Shown here in pieces: positions 51,655-60,660 of a stretch of DNA of 64,000 nt. A program made the position numbers and the translations under genes. The DNA comes from Nitrosopumilus sp. Lineage in GTDB: Archaea; Thermoproteota; Nitrososphaeria; Nitrososphaerales; Nitrosopumilaceae. The notes beneath the pieces were generated by a model. It was not told the DNA's origin and ran no database searches. It saw only the letters and a list, made by a program, of their open reading frames with translations. How positions within the stretch are numbered: the first letter of the stretch is position 1; the number at the start of each line of letters is the position of its first letter. The stretch spans positions 1,920,001 to 1,984,000 of the forward strand of contig OZ243974.1 of assembly GCA_965214775.1 (NCBI GenBank), written 5' to 3'.

Positions 51655-51761
51655 TCATAGGTGCCAGCTTCCTACACCTTCCAGCGGGAACCGGCTCCCG
51701 CTGACTTGTAAGTCCCAAAATCCAGCTATGCCTTTAAATTATAAGACTCGTGGGCTCATCA

Positions 51762-52517
51762 GTGAGAACTAGGCTAATTGCTTGCGAGCATGCAAGCACG
51801 ACAATACTTGACGGGGAGACGGTCTGCAGGAAATGCGGCGTAGTCCTCGGCGAGCAGCGCGAGCAGGTGCCTGCCGGCGAGCGTGAGGCTGCCGGGGCAA
51901 AGTCTACTACAAACATCTATGAGAGGCATGTCACAGGCAGCCGGGACATAATTCCGGATACCGACCAGATGAAGTCCCTCCGGCGCTATTCGCACACGAA
52001 CATCTATGACAATGACAGCAGGAAAAAGCTCAGGAACATATCTCGGTTTTCAAACGCATGCGACTCGCTGGGGATCGATGACACCGCTGCAGAGTACGCC
52101 GTAAGGCTGTTCCACGCGGCCCTCAAGCAGAGGGGCGGCGACAGGCGGACAGCCGACGTGGCTGCCTGGTCTATCTACAAGAGCTGCAAGAACCACGGCA
52201 TCCCGATCGACGGCAACGTCATAGCCGACAACGTAAGGCGGCAGTTCGGGCGGATGCGGATAGGCGACATTATGAGCATCGCGTATGACATGATGGACAT
52301 CCCCGTCAAGGACAACCCCGACGGCGTCATGAAGTACCACTTTCGGCTGGTCCTCAAGAGGCTGACAAAAAAGCTCCCCCGCATGGACGACAGGCAGTAC
52401 TCAAGAAGGCAGGCAGATGCCTGGAACCTGTACAATACGCTATTTCTGTCCGGCTCCTACGACAAGAGGGCAAAGAACGCAGTATGCAAGGCCTTTGGAA
52501 TAAGGAGGAACACATGA
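51762..52517 (+). CDS. Divergent transcription initiation factor B (TFB/TFIIB) homolog
   Basis: Zn ribbon CEH...GETVCRKCGVVL; cyclin fold CDSLGI...A.RLF...VAAWSIYKSCKNHGIP; second repeat degenerate. Confidence 0.8.
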   Translation: MRTRLIACEHASTTILDGETVCRKCGVVLGEQREQVPAGEREAAGAKSTTNIYERHVTGSRDIIPDTDQMKSLRRYSHTNIYDNDSRKKLRNISRFSNACDSLGIDDTAAEYAVRLFHAALKQRGGDRRTADVAAWSIYKSCKNHGIPIDGNVIADNVRRQFGRMRIGDIMSIAYDMMDIPVKDNPDGVMKYHFRLVLKRLTKKLPRMDDRQYSRRQADAWNLYNTLFLSGSYDKRAKNAVCKAFGIRRNT

Positions 52518-53635
52518 AGGCCTCAGAGGAAAGGGTGATGACAAGCCGCATCGAGGAGCCCATATACCAGGCAACCGTCATCATATCATCAAACGTCAGG
52601 CTTCTTGCAAAGGCCATCGCAGAAAAGGGAGTCCCTCCTACCAGGCCGATCCTCGCAAAGCTTGACGGCAGGTACTATCCTGTCGGAAACATAGAGACCG
52701 TCATGGCTGCCATGGAGGCCGGGCTGAAGAGCATTGCATGTTCTGTCATACCCGTAAAGTCAAAGACGGACATGATAAACCTGCACCTGCTGCATACGCG
52801 CTCTAGCACCTACAACCCGGTAAGGTTCACCAGGATGATAAACGAGGCCATAAGTGAGAACGTCGAGATTGACATCGGAAACCTGCCAAACTCGTTTCGG
52901 AGGAGGATCAGTCTTGTCCCCGACGTCGAAAAGCGGCTTGACGACTTTGTGGCGGACATGGGCAGGAAGATGATCGAGGTCCCGTCCATGCTGCACATAG
53001 TGGCCCCCCTCTCCCGCCTTGAGCCCGAGGATCAAAAGGCGGCGCTGAAGATGGTCCTCAACTATACGACGATGCGCAAGCAGGCGTACCCGCCAGACCA
53101 GATAACGCTCAACCAGATCTTCGAGCAGTACCGCTACAAGGACTCTGGAGGAAACGGCGATGATGGTGATGACGGTGACGGCGGGCCCGGTGCCTCCGGG
53201 GGCGATGACAATGCAGGGGAGCCCGGGGCAAATCCTAGGTCAAAGCCGGCGCAGGATCCTGCCGGTGACGATGACGTCGAGATGGATCTTGCAAAGAAAA
53301 GGGGATCTGTCGGCGTCCGGATAAAGCCAAAGTCCGACTCGATAGAGTACCAGTGCAAGTGCAGCAGGAAGATACTCGTGAACCTCAAGAACGGGATGGT
53401 CCAGAGGATGGAGGATAATGGGGCAAACATACTTGCCGTAAACGACGATGAGAACACGTCAGTCTGCTACATGCTCCCGGGAGAGCTGGCATCACAGCTG
53501 GAGCTTGACGTCTCTGACATCATAAACTGCTACCTCATAGGCGGCAAAAAATCCGAAAAGGCCGCCCTGATCACCAAGAGAAAGATCCCAAAGAAGGTGC
53601 AGGCCGAGATCTCAAGGGCGCTGAGGTCCGCCTGA
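52514..53635 (+). CDS. ParB/Srx N-terminal domain protein
   Basis: LAKAIAEKG...PIL...GRYYPVGN...AAMEAGLKSIACSV; coupled to the TFB stop (ATGA). Confidence 0.65.
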   Translation: MKASEERVMTSRIEEPIYQATVIISSNVRLLAKAIAEKGVPPTRPILAKLDGRYYPVGNIETVMAAMEAGLKSIACSVIPVKSKTDMINLHLLHTRSSTYNPVRFTRMINEAISENVEIDIGNLPNSFRRRISLVPDVEKRLDDFVADMGRKMIEVPSMLHIVAPLSRLEPEDQKAALKMVLNYTTMRKQAYPPDQITLNQIFEQYRYKDSGGNGDDGDDGDGGPGASGGDDNAGEPGANPRSKPAQDPAGDDDVEMDLAKKRGSVGVRIKPKSDSIEYQCKCSRKILVNLKNGMVQRMEDNGANILAVNDDENTSVCYMLPGELASQLELDVSDIINCYLIGGKKSEKAALITKRKIPKKVQAEISRALRSA

Positions 53636-53721
53636 GCTTGCACGCAGCGTGCCTGTCTGGCAGCCGGCCCGGGTGCGCCGAGGCCGGCATTGGGCTTGCG
53701 TCGCCTGAGTGCTTTGTCGGC

Positions 53722-54285
53722 ATGTCACACGACTGGTACACCGAGCACATATCAAGGAGCGGCAGCATGTACGGCCTGCTGGACATCATGATGAGCCTGA
53801 TGCATGCACGCAACGCGGTTCCAAGGGAGGATCTTGCAAAGGCGGCCTGCTCGGCAGGAATCCGCAAGAATGAGATCTCGCGGTGCAAGAGGCGGGGGCT
53901 GATAGGCAGCGACGGAGCGCACCTGCACGTCACAGGAAAGGGTTACGGACTCTTTGCTGCGGCCAGGATGGGCATACGGCCGCTGTCGCTTCTGATACTG
54001 TGCCATGCCCACGCATATGTCAGGGCCACAGGAATGTACGGCAAGTCAAACGACATGTTCTCAGAGATGTACGGCGTGGTCGTAAAGAACCACGTGTTTT
54101 CCAGCAGGTTCTCTGCCCTGGTCAAGCACGGCTGGATAAGGAAACAGGGGAGGCGCGGCGCGTTCTGGGAGTTCCCGCGCGCCGGGGAGCTGGAAGGCTA
54201 TGCCAGCATACTTGACGGCATACATGCAGCAATGTCGGAGAAAAAGACCATTTTAAGTGACGCGGGGGTTTTCGCGCATGGATGA
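53722..54285 (+). CDS. Putative winged-helix protein
   Basis: RRGLI...LHVTGKG and FSALVKHGWIRK wHTH-like patterns; start uncertain. Confidence 0.45.
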   Translation: MSHDWYTEHISRSGSMYGLLDIMMSLMHARNAVPREDLAKAACSAGIRKNEISRCKRRGLIGSDGAHLHVTGKGYGLFAAARMGIRPLSLLILCHAHAYVRATGMYGKSNDMFSEMYGVVVKNHVFSSRFSALVKHGWIRKQGRRGAFWEFPRAGELEGYASILDGIHAAMSEKKTILSDAGVFAHG

Positions 54286-54958
54286 CTATCTTGCAGTCGC
54301 CGTGGCAGTCATAATGATGGCGCCTCTTGCGTGGTCGGACGTCCGGAGCCGCACCACGTACAATGACATCACGTTATCCATGACGGGGGTCGCCGCATGC
54401 TTTTTCGTCTACGGGTTCCTTACGCGGTATATGCACCAGGATCCCCTGTGGCTGCTACTGACGTTTGCCGGCATCGGCATGGCGGCAGCCATGCTCCTGA
54501 TGTATTTTATGCGCGTCTGCGGGCTCGGGGACGTGGCGGCTGCCGCCATAATCGCCATGATGATCCCGCAGGTCGGCGGGTTTCCAGCCGCGTTTGCGGC
54601 CATATTCTGCTCGTATATTCTGGGGATTGCCTTCACCGTGTCACACAACGTCTGTGCAAACATGTCTGACATGGCGCGCGGCAGAAAGTACTGCCGCTCG
54701 ATGATATACACGCACATCAAGCGCAGGGGGGAACGGTTCTGCTGCAGGCCTGCCTCCCTGTCAAGGATAGGTTCTGTCGGCCACGACGGCGACCTCCTGG
54801 ATGCGGATGGCGGCGACCTGTTTGTGGACGAGAAGGTAAAGGGAATGCCCGTTACCAAGAGCGTACCGATGGTCACCATGATGTTTGCGTCCCTGGTCGG
54901 CGTCTCACTCCTCTCGCTGTTTGGAGGCATAGGCGGGTATCTTGACTTCCTTAAATAG
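54278..54958 (+). CDS. Prepilin peptidase (A24, PibD/FlaK-like)
   Basis: AWSDVRSR, GLGD, VPMV motifs; multi-TM. Confidence 0.85.
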   Translation: MDDYLAVAVAVIMMAPLAWSDVRSRTTYNDITLSMTGVAACFFVYGFLTRYMHQDPLWLLLTFAGIGMAAAMLLMYFMRVCGLGDVAAAAIIAMMIPQVGGFPAAFAAIFCSYILGIAFTVSHNVCANMSDMARGRKYCRSMIYTHIKRRGERFCCRPASLSRIGSVGHDGDLLDADGGDLFVDEKVKGMPVTKSVPMVTMMFASLVGVSLLSLFGGIGGYLDFLK

Positions 54959-54977
54959 AACCCGGCATTACACTGTG

Positions 54978-55895
54978 ATGATTCCAATCGGACTTGACAT
55001 CGGAACAGGATACGTCAAGATTTCCGGAAACGGAAGGAAGAGAAAGTTTCCATCGCTGTATTCGTGCATGTACTCTGACGGGCGCGGCGACATCGAGGAC
55101 CAAAAGGCGCCGGCAAGAAAGAGGGTGCTCGTAGAGTCAACCGGCATGGATGCGCTTGCCATGGGTTCTGCGCGGAACGGCGTCATGATACGCCCCGTAA
55201 AGCACGGCGTCCCGCACAACGATTCGGGCTTTGCCGCACTCGTGAGGGAGGCAGTCCGGTCGATAGGGGTAAGCGACCCCTCGCAGGCAGTCATTGCCGC
55301 AGGCGTGACTTATGACGCGCAGGACAAGGTTCCGCAGATAAGCCGCATAATAACCAAGACGCTGTCCCCCGGCGGGCTGCGCATAATCCCGCAGGCCTAC
55401 GGCACGCTGATGTCATGCAAGACTAGGAGGGGCACCGTCGTGAACATAGGCCACGGCACTACCGAAATAATAGCCATACGCGACGGCATGCACGAGGGCA
55501 CGTCCATACCCAAGGCCGTAAGCTTTGTCACTGACCAGCTTGACAAGCGCCGGGGCTCCTACGTCGACTACAAGTCGCTCCTGTCGCGCGACGAGGCCAT
55601 GACCGCGCGGCTGGTAAAGCTGCTGGCAGAGCACATCGCCGACGAGGTCTCAAGGTTCGGCGCCTCGACTGAGGGGATAATACTTGCGGGCGGCGGCTCG
55701 CTCCTGCCAGGAATGCGCGAGAACCTGGAGGCCATGCTCGGTGTCACGATCACGGTTCCCGACGATCCCGTATACAGCAATGCTGCAGGCCTTGAGATGA
55801 TTGCAGCCAAGAGATCCGGCAGGGCCGCCGCTCCGGAGGACAGGGCAGAGACTGCGCCTGCGGCCGCCGGAAACCCGCCCGGGCCTTCTGCCTGA
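54978..55895 (+). CDS. ParM/StbA-like actin-fold ATPase
   Basis: IGLDIGTGYVK, IIPQAYG, VVNIGHGTTE, IILAGGGS, SNAAG. Confidence 0.85.
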   Translation: MIPIGLDIGTGYVKISGNGRKRKFPSLYSCMYSDGRGDIEDQKAPARKRVLVESTGMDALAMGSARNGVMIRPVKHGVPHNDSGFAALVREAVRSIGVSDPSQAVIAAGVTYDAQDKVPQISRIITKTLSPGGLRIIPQAYGTLMSCKTRRGTVVNIGHGTTEIIAIRDGMHEGTSIPKAVSFVTDQLDKRRGSYVDYKSLLSRDEAMTARLVKLLAEHIADEVSRFGASTEGIILAGGGSLLPGMRENLEAMLGVTITVPDDPVYSNAAGLEMIAAKRSGRAAAPEDRAETAPAAAGNPPGPSA

Positions 55896-55968
55896 CTGCC
55901 GTGGTGCATATCTGGCGCACGCAGGCCGCACGCCGATGTCTTAATAGCGGAATGATATCCTGTATTGT

Positions 55969-56907
55969 ATGTCGGCTGTGGTGACTGGTATCGTCGTTGT
56001 TCTGGTAGTCGCAGGCATAGCCTGGTTCGGGGTCAATCATGCAGGTGATGATATGACGCCGGAGATGCATGAGGATGCCGGTTATGTGCCGCCCGTCACA
56101 ATAGCCGTCGATTCACCGCCGACGAGGAATTATGCGGCAGTCGCCGGCGCGGCAAGGCAGGCGGCCGACGCATGGAACTCGGCCAATCCAGGCGGGGTAT
56201 ACTTCAGTGTCGGCGCAGCTGATGACACCGACATAGTGATTGTGCTGACAGACAAGATAGCCGGCGATACCGTGGGTCTGTACCAGTCTGGACGCTGGGG
56301 CGAGCCTGCCACCATAACCGTAGAGAGTGGAAGGCCGTGGTGTGACGGCGTGTTCCGCACGTACTCGGAGGGAATGATGGCAGATACGATAGCCCACGAG
56401 CTGGGACACCACCTGGGTCTCGGCCATACCGCCGACGAGTCGCACCTGATGTACGGCATGCATGATCCGCCCCCCGTACACGCGCATTCATTTGACGATC
56501 TCGGGTACTCCATGCCGCAGCTTGCGGGGCACCAGCAGTTTGGCGCGCTGGTGCCGCTGGCAGCCGAGATGGATGCCGCCGAGTCGGAGATGGCCGTGCT
56601 CGACGCCGGCATGGACGATGCCATCGGGCGCATAGATCGTCTTGCGGCAGAGCACGAGAGTCTTGCGGTTGTGTATGACGAGATTGCCGGCCGGTACGCG
56701 TCGCTTGCAGGCGACGGCGGCGCACACCTGCAGGCCCAGGCCCTTCATGACAGGCTTGAGGAGATTCTTGTGGAGATACGGGCAGTCGAGGACGGCATGG
56801 AGGGGGCCGTGGCAGACTATGACGACATGGAGGCCAGGTACAACGGGGCCGTCGGCAGGTACAACGCCGCTGCCGAAAAGTACAACTGCGCGGCAGGCGG
56901 GACGTAG
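55969..56907 (+). CDS. Membrane-anchored metzincin (matrixin-like) metalloprotease with coiled-coil tail
   Basis: HELGHHLGLGH and Met-turn SHLMY; N-terminal TM; long heptad C-terminus. Confidence 0.85.
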   Translation: MSAVVTGIVVVLVVAGIAWFGVNHAGDDMTPEMHEDAGYVPPVTIAVDSPPTRNYAAVAGAARQAADAWNSANPGGVYFSVGAADDTDIVIVLTDKIAGDTVGLYQSGRWGEPATITVESGRPWCDGVFRTYSEGMMADTIAHELGHHLGLGHTADESHLMYGMHDPPPVHAHSFDDLGYSMPQLAGHQQFGALVPLAAEMDAAESEMAVLDAGMDDAIGRIDRLAAEHESLAVVYDEIAGRYASLAGDGGAHLQAQALHDRLEEILVEIRAVEDGMEGAVADYDDMEARYNGAVGRYNAAAEKYNCAAGGT

Positions 56908-57218
56908 CGAATGGATGCCGGGATTGAACCCATGGAGTGGAGGGAGAGTGGCGGCGGGAGTACGACATGCTGGAGCGCGACTTTGACCGGTTCCTGGACT
57001 ATTTTGCCAGAAACAAGCAGTGCTGGTGCGACATGGACGGGTGCAAGACGTGCGAGGGGTCTGTGGTGCTGGTGTCGTTAGGAGGTGTTTGAGAATGCTT
57101 TATGTGTGAGGACGTAAATGCGAGCTGCCACAGTGCATTGGATCTGAAAGACGCAGACATGACGCAGAAGAGACGTAGAACCGGCACGCGTGATGACAGA
57201 TATCGTCTGCATCACACA

Positions 57219-58062
57219 CTTTCCACAACGATAACGTTGTGGCCCCATTGAAGCTGACAGTAATGAATTTGAGGCAGAGATGGATATGATCTTTCCACAA
57301 CGATAACGTTGTGGCCCCATTGAAGCCAGAGTATGAATCCAAAACCAGAAAGAAGGTACCAACTTTCCACAACGATAACGTTGTGGCCCCATTGAAGCGT
57401 CGTACATAGTTCCTCATAAGTAGGATCTAAGCGATCTTTCCACAACGATAACGTTGTGGCCCCATTGAAGCATGCGCCGTTACTCTGAGACCCAATTGCG
57501 CCGAGGTGCACTTTCCACAACGATAACGTTGTGGCCCCATTGAAGCTCGACATAGCAGGATTATCTTCTTCCTCATTCCCAGATCTTTCCACAACGATAA
57601 CGTTGTGGCCCCATTGAAGCTCTGGCAGGTGAGGCGACCAAAAAACAATTGGACGCGCTTTCCACAACGATAACGTTGTGGCCCCATTGAAGCCCACGAC
57701 CTGATGGTCAAGTTTTCCTCAGGAGGATCCTTTCCACAACGATAACGTTGTGGCCCCATTGAAGCTCAGTCCCCACCGCAGATGCTTTCCGAACGCCCAT
57801 TCTCTTTCCACAACGATAACGTTGTGGCCCCATTGAAGCCTGAGGCAGGCAGACAGACCATAATGCGTGACCTGATTCTTTCCACAACGATAACGTTGTG
57901 GCCCCATTGAAGCCAGCATGATTCGCACGTCCTGCTTGCAATATGCAGAAAGCTTTCCACAACGATAACGTTGTGGCCCCATTGAAGCTGTTCTATGCCA
58001 TGAGGGAGTAGTTACCAATACCCCATCTTTCCGCGACGTTATCGCTGCGGCCCCATTGAAGC
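57219..58062 (+). CRISPR. CRISPR array, 12 repeats (36 bp) and 11 spacers (36-39 bp), type I-G-like repeat, no cas genes in window
   Basis: CTTTCCACAACGATAACGTTGTGGCCCCATTGAAGC at 57219, 57291, 57363, 57436, 57511, 57585, 57658, 57730, 57804, 57878, 57953; divergent copy at 58027. Hairpin CCACAACG/CGTTGTGG; 3' ATTGAAGC handle. Confidence 0.97.
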
Positions 58063-58328
58063 GGGCCTCACCGGCGTTTTTATGCTAATCATACATCATA
58101 CATCATGGGCAGCGATGTTGGTAATGATGATGCATGTAACGGCATATGCGGAAAGCTGGATCGGACAAATGCCCTCCTGCAGGATATTCTGACAGAGCTC
58201 AAAAAAATGAATTATCCCCATCCCCCGTAAAGCCTTATCTTGCTGGAATTTCAGTATTACATACCATGGATTGTATCGTGCGCAAAAGTTCCGTCAAAAG
58301 ACAGCCGTTTCCTGATTTTATTGCAATC

Positions 58329-58712
58329 ATGACCACAAACACAATGAGCCAACTCAGTATTTCAAGTGGCGACTATGTTGTTTTTGAGAATACCCTGATC
58401 AACGAATCTGACAGGTCACAACCGCCAAAGACCCTGAAAATAAAAGCTCCCGTGATAAACGGCAGTGATGAAGTGGTAGAAATGGAGGATCTGAAGGATG
58501 GTGAGGTGGCCATGGATCAAACGTGCCGGGCAGCCATATCAGTCAAGGAGGGCGATTCAGTCAAGGTCACAATATCCATCACGGCTGTCTTTGCTATAGG
58601 CGATCCCAACCCACTCTATTGGATCCCAATCATTGCATTTGGCGTGTGGACTGCATGGAGCATACTGACATCATCCACATACAAGACCGCATCATCCGAA
58701 CTGTCTTTCTAG
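58329..58712 (+). CDS. CDC48-N-like double-psi beta-barrel fragment with C-terminal TM
   Basis: MSQLSISSGDYV...GEVAMDQTCRAAISVKEGDSVKV; start uncertain. Confidence 0.5.
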   Translation: MTTNTMSQLSISSGDYVVFENTLINESDRSQPPKTLKIKAPVINGSDEVVEMEDLKDGEVAMDQTCRAAISVKEGDSVKVTISITAVFAIGDPNPLYWIPIIAFGVWTAWSILTSSTYKTASSELSF

Positions 58713-59555
58713 TTTTTCGATTCTGAGGGGCCTTGTGCCGTGTGGCAGCTCTGCAAGCCGTATGGGATTGTCCGCAGAGTATTTTTCAGACAGTATCCTT
58801 CCGTATTCTTTGCTGTTTCTGGCAGCGCTATGCGCGAATTCAGACGCATCGCATGGTGGTGGTGGTTGCGCCTCCTGCCAGCCTGCATCATCGGCCAGCA
58901 TGCCGCACAGGGTTTCCAGCATGTCTTTCTGTGACAGCGCCCTGAACCTGCGGCCTGTGGCATGCACCTCTGCAAGGCTGATCACCTGGTTGTCAATACA
59001 CAGCACCCCCCCAGTCCCGACATATGCATAGACTGGGGAGAACGACTCTCCGTTTTTTAGTGTGAGGCCGGCGTCGATTTCGGCCAGCATGTAGTGGTTG
59101 CCGCGTCCCTCACTTGCATCCATCACCTCGATCTGCTTCTCATGCAGCACGTTGACCCACACGTCAACTGTCGTACCTGGGGATCTCGTAATTGTTGCGG
59201 GTACTGACCCGTACGAAGCAAAGAACGGGGCATACACTACATCGCAGTCATTCAGGGTTGCCCGTAACACCGGCATCGGGTCAGACTCTGAGAATTTGGA
59301 TTTTAGCTGGGCAGGACAGGCATTGGAACCATACCCCACCACCATGTATCTGTCCTGTTTTGAGGGGGCCGCAGCAATATCACTGTGGAAGTTCAAAGAC
59401 TCCTCTATCTTTTTACCGGCTGTTTCGTGTATGGGCACGATGTGGTTCCCGCAAAATACAAACGACGTGTCAGGACGCCTTCCTGGGTATGATTCGGGCA
59501 CGTGCCTTGGCGCCGGCCCAAATTCTTCCACCGGGGTTTCTCCGTTACCTGACAT
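58692..59555 (-). CDS. Gamma-glutamylcyclotransferase-like fold protein
   Basis: VVGYGSN, MDASEG..Y, VYAY motifs. Confidence 0.65.
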   Translation of the reverse strand: MSGNGETPVEEFGPAPRHVPESYPGRRPDTSFVFCGNHIVPIHETAGKKIEESLNFHSDIAAAPSKQDRYMVVGYGSNACPAQLKSKFSESDPMPVLRATLNDCDVVYAPFFASYGSVPATITRSPGTTVDVWVNVLHEKQIEVMDASEGRGNHYMLAEIDAGLTLKNGESFSPVYAYVGTGGVLCIDNQVISLAEVHATGRRFRALSQKDMLETLCGMLADDAGWQEAQPPPPCDASEFAHSAARNSKEYGRILSEKYSADNPIRLAELPHGTRPLRIEKLERQFG

Positions 59556-59752
59556 TATGCTGTGTCATGGTGTCTGCGTATTTAAGATGCGGTGATTTAC
59601 GGCATGAATGCCCGGCTCCCAGAAAGCTGAGGACCTGATTTTTTGCTTATTACCGGTGGATCCGTAATACGTGTGTTGAGCACGATGATGTATTTCGCGG
59701 CACTGGCTGCGCTCTTGGCAATGATGATCCCCCTTCCCTTCTTTATGGCACA

Positions 59753-60126
59753 CGCCGACGGGCTGATGGGCAGGCACTCGCCGGAGCTGCGCCGGCTGTT
59801 TGAGACCAAGCTGCGCAACGTCCTGTTCGGATACAGGGATACGCAGAACGAACCGCTGAAAGCTCTTGTCAGGAGGATGTGCAATGCCCTGCCGGGCCTG
59901 TTTGCGTTCCTAGAGTACGAGGGCGTCGAGCCCACCAACAATTCCGCAGAGCGGGCGCTGCGCCCCGTCGTACTGCAGGACAAGATAAGCGGCCAGATCA
60001 AGGGCGGCCTGGTCTGGATGGGCAGGTACGGATGGCTCAACACATGCACCTCGACATGGAAGCTGCAGGGCAAGTCCATCGTAGTCGAGGTAGCCAAAAT
60101 AATCTAGGGGGTAGGTGACCTCATAC
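59753..60126 (+). pseudogene. IS66 3' fragment, near-identical to the 3' end of 42661-44296
   Basis: ADGLMGRHSPELRR...EVAKII and the TIR TAGGTGACCTCATAC. Confidence 0.9.
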
Positions 60127-60393
60127 GATCTGAGCGTCGACGGGTTCGAGTGCATCAGGTCGCAGGAGATGTATCCAGTCCTGAAGCGGAGGTTCGACGT
60201 AGAGATCGAGGTTCCGGGCGTCTCATTCGCAAGGAGATTCGTCGAGTCGCCCTTCGGCCAGAACTACAATCCCGACAACCCTGCAGACAGGGCGTGGCTG
60301 GACAGGATCCTTGAGATGGATGAAAAGCATATGAAGTCACACGGCTTGAAACCCGAGAGCGTCTTCCTGATTCTCAAAGGGATCGGCGGCTGA
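60127..60393 (+). pseudogene. Orphan C-terminal gene fragment (possibly SAM methyltransferase) truncated by IS66
   Basis: Coding-like frame that begins at the IS end (FECIRSQEMYPVL...ILEMDE). Confidence 0.4.
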
Positions 60394-60660
60394 AAGTACC
60401 ACGGATCCGGGCAGAGACGGCATGGCCACCAGACTGGCAGGATCATGTGTCGGCCTTTGCAGATATACAGTGAAATCCCCTCTAGTTAGTTTCCAACCGG
60501 CGCCGAACTAGCAGGATAGCGTACCGGTAACAGGTCGGGCTCGGGAAGTTCAGGCGTGAGATTTGCCATCTTGGAGGCCCCCTTGGGCAGCACCCACAGC
60601 TAGCAGGAAGATCTGGAAAAATCACAACACATAAAGATCCCATGATCTGCCTTCCGGGTA

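Larger units (their letters stand above)
22900..58062. mobile_element. Putative integrated conjugative-type element (boundaries approximate; may start at tRNA-Ser and extend beyond the window)
   Basis: Visibly higher GC than the backbone, no core genes, carries coupling ATPase, pilus, partition and transcription genes; no integrase or att duplication seen. Confidence 0.7.

Noticed and set aside
31516-56968. Many long antisense and alternative-frame ORFs in the island
   Set aside because: Expected from high GC; they overlap better-supported plus-strand genes.
56911-57092. Small Cys-rich frame upstream of the array as a cas or anti-CRISPR gene
   Set aside because: Appears frameshifted, is short and has no recognisable motif.
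57078-58018. Minus-strand ORFs with ASMGPQRYRCGK / FNGATTLSLWK repeats
   Set aside because: Translations of the CRISPR repeats.
22900-58062. Provirus or casposon interpretation
   Set aside because: No capsid, terminase, portal, PolB or Cas1 recognised; gene content fits a conjugative/pilus element.
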